A stretch of DNA of 30,753 nt from Promethearchaeota archaeon (GCA_014728035.1 WJMJ01000068.1:1-30753); one strand, 5' to 3'; shown: positions 17,722-27,250, numbered from the stretch's first letter. Translations and numbers: made by a program. The notes: generated by a model from the letters alone, not told the origin.

Positions 17722-18543
17722 TTACTCTTGATTTTTTCGTCTGTTATAGAAATAGTAGACAGAAATCATCAAAGCTAAAGCGAACTCAAGAATTAGGTAC
17801 ATTGTAGCCCCCACTTCTGAGCCAAGAACTGGAAATGCATAATGTGACCAATTGAAGGTCGTATGGAAGAACAGGGTGGCGAGAACACTTCCCTTGGTAT
17901 TATTGAATACCCATGTAAATAATATTGACAATAAGATTGTTGAAATCATCAAACCCCAAATAGGCTGATTATAGTAGATGACCTGTGAGGGAATGAAGAA
18001 GAGGGGTAGATGCCATAGGCCCCAAAACAATCCTACGATAATACTTGACGTGATACTATCTAATTTTGATTGTAGTCTTGGTAATGCATAACCTCTCCAG
18101 CCAAATTCTTCTTGTAACGGGCCTCCTAGAAAGAAGATGAAGACAAATGCGATTACTAGAGCGAAGGGGAAACTCAGCCATTCGAAACTTGGTGTGTATC
18201 CACCGAAGAATGATGCATAGCTAAGAGCTATAATAGCTATAATTGGTAAAAGGAAAAATATTACAATCCACCATTTTGCGGAGAAATTCCATTTTGCACC
18301 TCTTTTCAACAGAACAACTGTACTTGATTTTCCTTCAAATGCCAGCGTGACAATGATAGCTCCAACCAGCGGACCAAAAGCAGCCACATTGAATGGTGAT
18401 GCTAGAAAGTCCGTAAATGGAGACGTTGGAATTAATCCTTGACTATGCATAGCCTGTGGTACCCAAAAGGCCCATGAGAAAATATACGTTATAATATAAA
18501 ACAGTATCAAATTTTTACTGCTAAAGTCCTCTGTAGTAGACAT
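17722..18543 (-). CDS. CPBP family (type II CAAX/Abi) intramembrane glutamic endopeptidase
   Basis: Motifs EEFGWRGY, FWGLWH, HTTFN. Confidence 0.92.
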   Translation of the reverse strand: MSTTEDFSSKNLILFYIITYIFSWAFWVPQAMHSQGLIPTSPFTDFLASPFNVAAFGPLVGAIIVTLAFEGKSSTVVLLKRGAKWNFSAKWWIVIFFLLPIIAIIALSYASFFGGYTPSFEWLSFPFALVIAFVFIFFLGGPLQEEFGWRGYALPRLQSKLDSITSSIIVGLFWGLWHLPLFFIPSQVIYYNQPIWGLMISTILLSILFTWVFNNTKGSVLATLFFHTTFNWSHYAFPVLGSEVGATMYLILEFALALMISVYYFYNRRKNQE

Positions 18544-18694
18544 CAGATTATCTCTCTATTAAATCGTATCAATACACAATATTTCGATATTATAAATTTA
18601 CTTCAAAATTATTCTTGAAGTCATTTACACTATTCTATCTTATTCCAAAAGTCTTTTCAATGACTAAACTATATTTAATATTGATGGATATTTC

Positions 18695-19021
18695 ATGAAC
18701 GTTAGAAGATCTGATAATTATACCAAGAAGACACGTGATTTTATCAGACAATTAATTGAAGCAATACAAAAAGAAGAACACGTTGAATCTGACAGGGAAA
18801 CTATTTCTATCCTTAAGAGACTTAAAGGATTCATATCCGAAGTTGCTAGTGAATCTTACAGACCGCAAACTGGAGAAACTAGAGAATCTCGACTTAGACA
18901 AATTGCTGATAATTTTGGATTCCAAGACACCAGAGATATGATTACTGCTTTGGAACTGAAGGAACTTGAAGGAACGGATGCGGCAGAGAAACCACCTTCG
19001 CAACGAAGGAGTCTTGACTAA
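18695..19021 (+). CDS. Hypothetical helical protein
   Basis: 108-aa charged amphipathic ORF filling the gap between genes; no motif recognised. Confidence 0.6.
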   Translation: MNVRRSDNYTKKTRDFIRQLIEAIQKEEHVESDRETISILKRLKGFISEVASESYRPQTGETRESRLRQIADNFGFQDTRDMITALELKELEGTDAAEKPPSQRRSLD

Positions 19022-19092
19022 TTCTAATGGATTCTATCCTTTCCTCAATATAGGGAAGATACAAATCATAGCTGGTGATAACAATGGCGAAA

Positions 19093-19377
19093 TTACAAAT
19101 CATAGGTTACAAAAACATCTCCGAGCATTTTCTTTTCGATAGTGCTCTCATCTTTTCCGGTAGCTAAGGTTATGGCTGATTTTGCCATCTCAGAACCAAT
19201 TCCTAATTTTATGTCCTTGTAATCTGCTGCTATGCTTCCTGCCAGAAAATAAGTGATGATTGAGATATCTTCCTCTGTTGATTGAGAGTAAAGGTCTGCC
19301 AGAATTTCTATCATTTCGTTTCTAGAAGTTGTTTGTTCTAGTTGCTCGAAGATTTTTGATAATTTGCTATAATCCAA
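19093..19377 (-). pseudogene. lig: Truncated ATP-dependent DNA ligase (N-terminal DNA-binding domain fragment only)
   Basis: 'LSKIFEQLEQTTSRNEMIEILADL...YFLAG...KLGIG...AITLATG' matches the archaeal ligase N-terminus. It stops after 94 aa, and no KxDG adenylation domain follows. Confidence 0.8.
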
Positions 19378-19459
19378 AGTGCCAAGCTCGAATTAAATAT
19401 AGTTATTTTTAGTTATATAGATTGGTAAAGATTGTAGATTGCTATCCTGTGGTAGAGTC

Positions 19460-20566
19460 TTAGAAGAAATGGTAGCTACTTTCCAATACATCATTCTGGA
19501 ATACTGATTTCCATGAGCTAGACTCAGGATTATCTTGAATCCATTTGATTCCGCCCTCAAAAACCGTGTGTTGCCTATTTTTGTGACTATTGACCCTTAC
19601 AGCTTCATTTGATTTCGATTTCCCAACTAACTCTTTGGTCAATCTTTCAGTAAATCCTGGAAATTTTGATGATCCGCCAGTTAATATAATATTTCCAAGG
19701 AGATCCTCTCGATCTACTGCATCACATGAAGTTATGGCTTCTAGAATTTGGTTATGTAGGGGTTTTATGCTTTCTTCATACATCTCAGGTCGAAAGAAAA
19801 GAATAGGGGTCTCGAAGATTTCATTCTGTAGTTTTAGAGTAAGCCCGGAAGGTAACACATAATAACTATCATCTGCCTCTATGAAATCTTCAATTGGAAA
19901 TTTGCAGACTGACTCTTTGATATTCCTAACAATATCTTGTTCAATTCCTTTTTCAAAGCGATATCCTTTCTCATGTAATCTTCTTCTTAGGAAATCGGTT
20001 AGCTGACGTCCCCCAATTGCAATATCACGAATCGCTTTCGTAACTATATTTCCCTTTACTATAGGTACTATCAGGGTGCTATTGAGACCTGTGTCAACCA
20101 CAACACCAGTTGGTCTTTCCATTGCGTAAAGCGCTAGTACTGCTTGGTGTTTGAATGCAAACTCAGAAGCACCCAGCTCATCGGTAATAATTCGAGAAAG
20201 TTTCTTCATATGCTTTGACTCAAAATGATTCTTGAGTCCAATGAGGATTCGATCTGCATGCTCTATCTTGTTCATGATATTTCCTAATAATTGTCTAAAT
20301 GCAGTCCACTTTGTTATTGCTCCATTTTCAATCGGATAGTCTAAGTGAAGCACGCCTCGATGGTCGAGAGCATCCTTACCAAAATAAAATTGTGAGGGAT
20401 TGTGGCGAATCTCTTCATCCACAACCTGAGAGTATCTAGGATGTCCGACAACTGTACGCATTTCTGATATTCCTGTTCCTATTGCACCAAAACGTATTGT
20501 GCATCCTCCAGGGTCTACCATTAGAGAGTGATATCTCTCATCGAGTTTCACATCTTCAGTAACCAT
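19460..20566 (-). CDS. Divergent actin-family (actin-related) protein
   Basis: VDPGGCTIRFG (phosphate 1), YPIENGAITKW, QAVLALYA, GVVVDTG (phosphate 2), GGRQLTDFL, IKESVC, YVLPSG, NIILTGGSSKFPGFTERL. Confidence 0.93.
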   Translation of the reverse strand: MVTEDVKLDERYHSLMVDPGGCTIRFGAIGTGISEMRTVVGHPRYSQVVDEEIRHNPSQFYFGKDALDHRGVLHLDYPIENGAITKWTAFRQLLGNIMNKIEHADRILIGLKNHFESKHMKKLSRIITDELGASEFAFKHQAVLALYAMERPTGVVVDTGLNSTLIVPIVKGNIVTKAIRDIAIGGRQLTDFLRRRLHEKGYRFEKGIEQDIVRNIKESVCKFPIEDFIEADDSYYVLPSGLTLKLQNEIFETPILFFRPEMYEESIKPLHNQILEAITSCDAVDREDLLGNIILTGGSSKFPGFTERLTKELVGKSKSNEAVRVNSHKNRQHTVFEGGIKWIQDNPESSSWKSVFQNDVLESSYHFF

Positions 20567-20607
20567 ATCTTATTCATCCTAGCATTTTGTGGTAATAGAA
20601 TAACTTC

Positions 20608-21045
20608 TTAGTCTTTGATAACTTTGGTAAACAGGCCCCGAAGATCTTCTGGTAGGATTGCTTCTATATCCTTCAGTTCTCCAGTGCTTTTTGTCCTTTG
20701 TTTATATACTTTGAGAAGGGCCATTAGGATGGTTTCAGGATCAAGTGGTCCCTGGTCAAAGTTATCTTTGATGTAATTTAGAAATTCATCCCTATTACGT
20801 ATCTTCTTTGGAGTTTCATCTGGTTGATATGATTGAAAGTATACTCCCTTCAATACCATCGGAAGGTGTGCAGAAAATTGTACTGCTTCAGTGACTGGTA
20901 ATCTATCTCTGATTCCATGAAGCGCTGCTTTTGTTGCTGCATATGTTCGCTCTTCATCGTCCCATCCAAGTTCTTTTTGGATATCTCGCATCCACTCAAC
21001 TGTAGTATGAACAGAGCTATCCAGAGACGTTATCTTTGTTGTCAT
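20608..21045 (-). CDS. DUF2267 domain protein
   Basis: 'AYAATKAALHGIRDRLP' like motif ('TYAATKAALHGIRDRLPVTEAVQFSAHLPMVLKG') and 'GELKDIEAILPEDLRGLF'. ATG 21045 preferred over TTG 21054. Confidence 0.85.
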   Translation of the reverse strand: MTTKITSLDSSVHTTVEWMRDIQKELGWDDEERTYAATKAALHGIRDRLPVTEAVQFSAHLPMVLKGVYFQSYQPDETPKKIRNRDEFLNYIKDNFDQGPLDPETILMALLKVYKQRTKSTGELKDIEAILPEDLRGLFTKVIKD

Positions 21046-21154
21046 TCTTATCAATAGTTAATAATCAATGGTCCCTAATGAATACTAGGTTATGCGATAT
21101 TGTTTCAAAACGCTTCGAAATCTTCGAATCGGAATAAATTACTATGGACTAAGT

Positions 21155-21188
21155 AAAAAAGAGAAAGTAGAGGAAGAGAACTTCCTCT
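21155..21188 (-). terminator. Hairpin + U-tract terminator
   Basis: AGAGGAAG-agaa-CTTCCTCT (21169-88), with an A-tract at 21155-60 (U-tract on the minus strand), after the 21201 stop. Confidence 0.65.
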
Positions 21189-21200
21189 TAATTGGGGAAA

Positions 21201-23207
21201 CTACTTCTTCCGGAGGAAGTACACTATCCCTAGAAGAAATACTGCTGCGCCAACTCCAACACCCGCAACTAAAAGCATAGGATCGAGAGAAGGATTTGGG
21301 GGTGTCGTAGTTGTTTCACTTGTTGTAGTAGTTGACGTTTCTGTTGTAGATAGCTGATTTACCGTAACAATAACAGTATCTGAAATCAGATTTCCACCTG
21401 CATCCTCTAGAATCAGTGTGAAATTGTAAACATTAGGGTCTAAATCTACTAATGTGTAGGATATATCAGAACCGTCCCATTCACCAGTTGCAACTTGAGT
21501 GCCATTCTTCTGAATGGTATAGGATTCAGGATAATCATCAGAACAGGTCCAATTAATCACATATCCATCCTCACCATAACCATAAGCAAAATCTGAAGGT
21601 CCTGTGATTTGTGGAGCTGTTCCATCTATCACCGATACACTTTCACTGTTTGAGACTGGAGATGACCCAAGTAGATTATTAGCTACAACAGCATACCAGT
21701 ACGTTCCTAAACCTGATACTGTGTCTGTGTAATTACTATCGGTTATCTCTGTGGCAATCTCAGTCGCTGAACCCAGATTAGCTTCGGTTATTTCCTCGAT
21801 ATATCTATAAACATTCCAAGAATCGGCATTCTCATCATCATTCCAATCTATAGAGATCTCCAAGTCTTCGGTTGGGTCAGGAGATATATCTTGGATTGTA
21901 GGAGCATCAGGAAGTACCATTCCCTTCATGGTCATATTATAGTAAAGGTATTCTGCAGTTCTTTGTTCTGGTATACCCGTCTGTTCTGTTGCTGCATAGA
22001 CCCAGTTGTGTGTGTTAGGCCAACCTGCAAGAGTCCCGTATCCTCCGATTAAGACACCGAGTTCTGTGTCAGCAGTATAATTCTCAAGTTCGGATTTCGG
22101 TATCTTGAACTCGTATACTCGATGATCAGTATTGTTATTCTCAGTGGTTCCAAAAGTATACTCGACTTCATAGTTTTTGATAGATGAATAAGGATATTCT
22201 ATCGTACCTACCGCTAGATTGCTTGTGTAATTTCGTTGAAAGTATGTTTTCAGAAAACTCAAAGACACATTGAATGGAGCACTATGAATCGCATTAAACG
22301 ACACAATAGTGTAGTTGTCTGCAGTGTAATTCGCTTTGCTATGCAGATATGCATCGCCATCATTGGTCGTTCCAGTATTTAGTTGAACCTCAATATCACT
22401 TCTCAGATTACCATTTTGATCCAAAATCGTCATGAAATGTTCATCAACTGTTATATTGAAGAATGAACCCAAGTTCAGATCAAGTCTTTGAGTGTGACTT
22501 CCGAATATTTCAGGGAAGTATTCGTAGAAATCTCTGAAAGTCGCATTATAGTCTAATCTATACACATAGTGTGTACCGTTGTATTCTGAAGTGATGTTCA
22601 GGTAATCACTGTCATCAAAATTATTGAGTGCACTTGCTTCACCATCCATGCTACCAAGATGAACAGTGAAATCATCTAGATTCGTATAATCATTAGCCAT
22701 TCCGATAAGTGCATCATCTTCACGCAAGAATGGATATGTCCGATTGTTTTCGGTATCGAATATTAGACTCTCCAATCCTGCATTGAGACCATTATACCAA
22801 TTATCTCTTCTTTCACTAACGGATGGTGCGGTTGTATCAGTTTCGTTTGTATTTAGCCAAATTCCAATCCACTCTTCTGTAGTAGACCCTGTCTGATCAC
22901 TACAGAGATCCACTGCAATGTAGAGATTATCGGAGTCCTCAGCTAGATACATGTAATTGTATCCGTCTGAATTGGCTGGATCTGCATCCATGTACCAAGC
23001 TATTTTTTGTTCAGCGTTATCCCACTCATTTGAGGTAATATTTCCATCAATAATAATATTTGAGATGTTGAATTCTAGGTTTTGCTCAATATTTTGAACA
23101 GCATCATACTCTGAATTTATGCAAGGACGTATTGTAAATACTGATGTTAAAAATAAACTCCCAATCAGTATAACTAATACTTCTTTTGCATGCGTTTTTC
23201 GAATCAT
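21201..23207 (-). CDS. Cell-surface glycoprotein: DOMON/CBM9-like domain, FN3-like domain, Ig-like module, Thr linker, C-terminal TM
   Basis: Signal-like N-terminus; 'IDGNITSNEW...DNLYIAV...YEFKIP'; 'WNVYR...YTD...YWYAVVA.N..G.S..SN'; tail TTTTPP-TM-RKK; many NxS/T sequons. Confidence 0.82.
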   Translation of the reverse strand: MIRKTHAKEVLVILIGSLFLTSVFTIRPCINSEYDAVQNIEQNLEFNISNIIIDGNITSNEWDNAEQKIAWYMDADPANSDGYNYMYLAEDSDNLYIAVDLCSDQTGSTTEEWIGIWLNTNETDTTAPSVSERRDNWYNGLNAGLESLIFDTENNRTYPFLREDDALIGMANDYTNLDDFTVHLGSMDGEASALNNFDDSDYLNITSEYNGTHYVYRLDYNATFRDFYEYFPEIFGSHTQRLDLNLGSFFNITVDEHFMTILDQNGNLRSDIEVQLNTGTTNDGDAYLHSKANYTADNYTIVSFNAIHSAPFNVSLSFLKTYFQRNYTSNLAVGTIEYPYSSIKNYEVEYTFGTTENNNTDHRVYEFKIPKSELENYTADTELGVLIGGYGTLAGWPNTHNWVYAATEQTGIPEQRTAEYLYYNMTMKGMVLPDAPTIQDISPDPTEDLEISIDWNDDENADSWNVYRYIEEITEANLGSATEIATEITDSNYTDTVSGLGTYWYAVVANNLLGSSPVSNSESVSVIDGTAPQITGPSDFAYGYGEDGYVINWTCSDDYPESYTIQKNGTQVATGEWDGSDISYTLVDLDPNVYNFTLILEDAGGNLISDTVIVTVNQLSTTETSTTTTSETTTTPPNPSLDPMLLVAGVGVGAAVFLLGIVYFLRKK

Positions 23208-23319
23208 AGAAATCTTGTTCGGCTTCCTTTTCGTAGTTAAAAGAGTTATCCGTTTTTCTGTTGGATAGTAATCTATTTCTTAAAAATTTGATATTATCTA
23301 TAGTAGAGGAGGTCTCTCA

Positions 23320-23967
23320 ATACACCTAGAAACGCTATTAGAAATTGCTTTATTTTTTCCAATTTTACTTCTTGTTGGATTCATTCTGGGCTATCTCTGT
23401 CGAGACCGCTTCTATGGCAAAATCAAGCAATCCACTCACAAAACTACTATATTCCCCACATATCAGGAATCATTAATGCCAAACGATATTCTCTATGACG
23501 CACTGGAAGACCTATCAAAAGCGATTCATAGATTTGAGATGATGGATTTTACAGACATGAAAGTATGGGATGAAAGTATAGCTAAGTCTAGGATAGAAAT
23601 GATGGTTGAAAATTTTGAGATTGCACTTCACGAAGCTGAAAAAATAGCTAAGAATAATCATTCAATGGGAGCATTGAAACGGATTCAAATGATGCAGCAA
23701 CAGATTGACAGCTCAAAATTGGTAGTATTAGAACGAATAGAACGTATTTCTACCAGTGAGAAAAATTTGATAACACTACTCAAAGCCTTTGAGGCATTAA
23801 TCATTAAATTTGAACTAACAACTCCTGATGATAGTGATATTGCACGGCTACGTAGCATGATGTATCGAGTTGAAACGCATCTTAGAGAGCGGCCAGTTTC
23901 TGAAAATTCTGTTCAACGTGCAAAGAATATCATTAACAGAGCACGCAATATTTACTCTTCTTATTGA
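23320..23967 (+). CDS. Helical-bundle protein, paralogue of 8472..8984, probably with an N-terminal TM from a non-canonical ATA start (ORF track starts at 23476)
   Basis: Frame open from 23284; GGAGGT at 23308-13; ATA at 23320; the extension encodes LLEIALFFPILLLVGFILGYLC. The gene is secure but the start is inferred. Confidence 0.65.
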   Translation: MHLETLLEIALFFPILLLVGFILGYLCRDRFYGKIKQSTHKTTIFPTYQESLMPNDILYDALEDLSKAIHRFEMMDFTDMKVWDESIAKSRIEMMVENFEIALHEAEKIAKNNHSMGALKRIQMMQQQIDSSKLVVLERIERISTSEKNLITLLKAFEALIIKFELTTPDDSDIARLRSMMYRVETHLRERPVSENSVQRAKNIINRARNIYSSY

Positions 23968-24127
23968 TTCTTATAATAGCTGAAAAATGGCTTAGAACCG
24001 ACGCTATATATAGTATCTCTATGTAGTAAGCGTACCAAATAGAAAGTCATTCGTGAAAGTTGAACATATTTCTTACAGTCGGAGATGTGATTGCTATCCG
24101 GAATGAAAGCCTTTTGGGGGAATTTAT

Positions 24128-25759
24128 ATGAATGGTGAAAAGAAACATAGAAAATCCAGTAAGAAGAAGTGGATTGTAACTGCTGGAATTATAGCGATTA
24201 TGAGTGGGATATGGCTTGCTTTAAGATCTGGTTTGAAACCATCGAGAATAACATACCCTTGTCAAAGAGCAGCTCTATCAAACATTGATGTTTTCAAAAT
24301 GATGGTGGTCTCACTATTTCCAGGAATTGCCAATACAATCGTTAGTAAGAAATCTAAGACTCTCCTTGTAATGGGTGGATTGCTTGTAACCTCTATGTTT
24401 GTTTCGACGAATATGGTGCAGAATGATTACTTCTATCCATCTCAGATAGATTACTCAACACTTCCAATTCAACTTGATGAGCATATTGCAACTTTGGAAA
24501 ACCCGTCTAATCTCTACTATGTAAGAAATGCTTCTGGACAGAATGGTAGCATGGATCTTGCTGTTACAACTTTGTTTTCAATGTTAGAATCAAACGGTGA
24601 ATCCTTTTACAATAGTTCTGAAAGCTCAGGGTTGATTAGTGCAACAGATGTTATAGTATTCAAGGTAAATGCTCAATGGGATCGAAGGGGTGGGACTAAC
24701 AATGATTTACTTCGAAGTCTTATTCAAGCAATTCTTAATCATCCTGATGGTTTCACTGGGGAGATAGTAATTTGTGATAATGGACAAGGCTACGGCCATT
24801 TTGATTACGGAAGGTCGAATGCCTACAATGACTCTAATAATGTGCTTCGTGTTGTTGAATCCTTTCATCCTGCTAAAGTGTCTGCCTATCTTTGGGATGA
24901 CCTTCGAACCGAAGAAGTTGCTGAGTTTTCGACAGGTGATACTGATGACGGATATGTAGTTAGCGACTCTTTTGATACTGAAACTCAGCTCTATGTATCA
25001 TATCCAAAATTCACTACAGTATTCGGAACAAATGTCAGTTTCAAAAAAGGAACCTACAACGGTACTCATTACGACTCTGATAAATTGAAGGTTATCAATA
25101 CGAATGTACTCAAATCACACCGTCGATATGGTGTAACCGCTTGTGTGAAGAATTACATGGGTTTACCGATGGGTATGATTGTGAATCCCATCAGTTCCAT
25201 TATTCCTCATGAGCATTTCTCGATTGCATTGGGTGGTATGGGTGCATTGATGGCAGAGGTTCGAGCTCCTATTCTTAATATCCTAGATATGATTTGGATA
25301 TGTCCTCATCCTTTGGAGGAGTCTAGTCGTTGTGGTCCAGATGTCATGTATACTTCTGCAAAATTTGCGGATATCATTGCAGCTTCAACTGATCCCGTTG
25401 CTTTAGACTATTGGTCTGCTAAAAATGTGCTTTGTCAAGCTGCTGAATATCTGGAATACGAGAAATATTCTTCTATGGATCCAGATTATGAACCTATCAG
25501 TCCAAGCTATCCAGGAAATCATCCAATGGACGAATCATTTCATAACTACTTGAACCGATCTAATGAAGTTCTTATTGAACACGGGTATAGTTTCACAATG
25601 GACCCTGATCGAATGAATGTATTCATCACTAACCTTGAGAATTCAACGACCCCTATACCTACAGAACATCCCACTGATTTTTCAATGATACTTGTCGGTT
25701 CAAGCATAATAGGTGGATTATTGGTAATAGCAGTACTTGTTTACCTTAGAAAGAAATAA
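24128..25759 (+). CDS. Membrane-anchored DUF362-domain protein
   Basis: N-terminal 'KPSRITYPCQ', 'DVIVFKVN', 'LKSH...GVTACVKNYMG', 'IIAASTDPVALD'; C-terminal TM plus RKK. Confidence 0.85.
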   Translation: MNGEKKHRKSSKKKWIVTAGIIAIMSGIWLALRSGLKPSRITYPCQRAALSNIDVFKMMVVSLFPGIANTIVSKKSKTLLVMGGLLVTSMFVSTNMVQNDYFYPSQIDYSTLPIQLDEHIATLENPSNLYYVRNASGQNGSMDLAVTTLFSMLESNGESFYNSSESSGLISATDVIVFKVNAQWDRRGGTNNDLLRSLIQAILNHPDGFTGEIVICDNGQGYGHFDYGRSNAYNDSNNVLRVVESFHPAKVSAYLWDDLRTEEVAEFSTGDTDDGYVVSDSFDTETQLYVSYPKFTTVFGTNVSFKKGTYNGTHYDSDKLKVINTNVLKSHRRYGVTACVKNYMGLPMGMIVNPISSIIPHEHFSIALGGMGALMAEVRAPILNILDMIWICPHPLEESSRCGPDVMYTSAKFADIIAASTDPVALDYWSAKNVLCQAAEYLEYEKYSSMDPDYEPISPSYPGNHPMDESFHNYLNRSNEVLIEHGYSFTMDPDRMNVFITNLENSTTPIPTEHPTDFSMILVGSSIIGGLLVIAVLVYLRKK

Positions 25760-25785
25760 CAAAATAGAATAAACTTCTGAGTAAG

Positions 25786-25820
25786 GAGGTCTCAATGGAT
25801 TGATCAATGAGACCTCTTTC
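25786..25820 (+). terminator. Hairpin terminator-like element
   Basis: GAGGTCTCA (25786-94) pairs with TGAGACCTC (25808-16), followed by a pyrimidine-rich tract. Confidence 0.55.
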
Positions 25821-25923
25821 ATTCTTCTAGAAACATTCATCGACTGACAATGAATATAATAATACTTTTAATTTTGATTGATGTCTTCAAGTACCCAATA
25901 AGACATAAACCGGATGATTCACC

Positions 25924-26715
25924 ATGCAAACTCTTGCAGAACCTACCGTTGCTCTTCTGTTAGTTCTATTGTTCCTCGGATTTATTGGTGGTTTTATTGA
26001 CAATCTATTTGGAATGGGGTATAGTCTTCTCGCGCCAGTCTTGATTTTTATGGGTTTAAATCCTTTGGTAGTTGTTCCAACATTACTTCTTTCACAAACA
26101 GCAGCTGGATTATCTGGAACAATCTTTCATCGTTTTTTCAAAAATATTGAGTTCTCATCACCAGATCAACGAGAAGCAAAGACATACCTACTTTTTACAT
26201 CTTTTGGAATCATAGGTGCAGTGATATCTGCAATTATTGCAATCACGCTTCCTGATTGGTTCATGCTTACCTATATTGGCATCATGATGGTTGCAGTTGG
26301 TTTTATGGTCAAACGAAAAGTGAGCTTCGTAGGTAGGTGGAGAGAGATGTACTTAGCTAGTGCAGTTGGAGGCTTCAATAAGGCAATATCTGGGGGAGGA
26401 TACGGACCTATAATTACCAGTGTTCAGATAATGAGTGGGAGTAAAGCTCGAAAATCAGTAGGGATAACACAGTTCTCGGAATCTACCATTTCTGCGATTG
26501 GATTCTTGATTTATGTTGCACTAGAAGGCCCATTTGCTTTACTCGAGGTCTCTCAATCACTCACCATATTGATAATCACTGGAGTGGTTGCTGCGCCTCT
26601 AGGTGCATTGCTTGTGACTCGACTGCATGACCACATTGCAGAGAATGTAATTGGTACTGCTGCTATCGCTTTAGGTATTTTCACACTTGTTCGATTACTG
26701 ATTATTTGGATGTGA
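25924..26715 (+). CDS. TauE/SafE (TSUP) family membrane transporter
   Basis: 'GFIDNLFGMGYSLLAPVL', 'GGFNKAISGGGYGP', 'GVVAAPLGA'; about 8 TMs. Confidence 0.88.
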   Translation: MQTLAEPTVALLLVLLFLGFIGGFIDNLFGMGYSLLAPVLIFMGLNPLVVVPTLLLSQTAAGLSGTIFHRFFKNIEFSSPDQREAKTYLLFTSFGIIGAVISAIIAITLPDWFMLTYIGIMMVAVGFMVKRKVSFVGRWREMYLASAVGGFNKAISGGGYGPIITSVQIMSGSKARKSVGITQFSESTISAIGFLIYVALEGPFALLEVSQSLTILIITGVVAAPLGALLVTRLHDHIAENVIGTAAIALGIFTLVRLLIIWM

Positions 26716-26758
26716 ATTTATAATTTCATTCATAATACAGATGAATCTGATTATTATT

Positions 26759-27034
26759 TCAATATCTTACCCGAAATGTTGAAAACTCACCTTGATAGTT
26801 TTCACGTTCAATCTTTATGTCAGTTACATTAGCTTGTCTGGGTCCCTCATGGCAAAACTGTATCATTTCATCAACCTTCTTCTTTTCTCCTTCAAATACA
26901 GCTTCAACTCTCCCATCTCGAAGATTCTTAACCCATCCAGTTACTCCTTTCTTCTTTGCTTCATCTCTAGTTGCTGCTCTGAAAAAAACGCCTTGAACTT
27001 TTCCACTGATATAGACATGTACTCTAGTCTTCAA
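26759..27034 (-). CDS. acyP: Acylphosphatase
   Basis: 'GKVQGVFFR', 'GWVKNLRDGRVEAVFEG', 'GP'; AGGAG SD before TTG. Confidence 0.95.
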   Translation of the reverse strand: MKTRVHVYISGKVQGVFFRAATRDEAKKKGVTGWVKNLRDGRVEAVFEGEKKKVDEMIQFCHEGPRQANVTDIKIERENYQGEFSTFRVRY

Positions 27035-27250
27035 TATGTTCTCCTAATACAACATTTTCATAAAACTTCTATATTCCTCTTTGGATATATGATATGTTAA
27101 ACGATAATTTATTCTCTAAAGCCATTTGGTCACCTTTTCGGAGTGTATTTTATTATTTATTAGAAATAATGTATATTTTAGCAACAACGTTAGCTTATAT
27201 TTTCGCATTCTGATTCGTTTTAAAAAGGACTCTAACGGATGATTTGTTCT

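Noticed and set aside
21092-21280. 62-aa plus-strand ORF
   Set aside because: It runs through a terminator hairpin and antisense to a gene end.
130-24099. GATTGCTA(C/T)CC at ~130, ~19437 and ~24089 in intergenic DNA
   Set aside because: Short, non-palindromic and at inconsistent positions relative to starts; compatible with chance.
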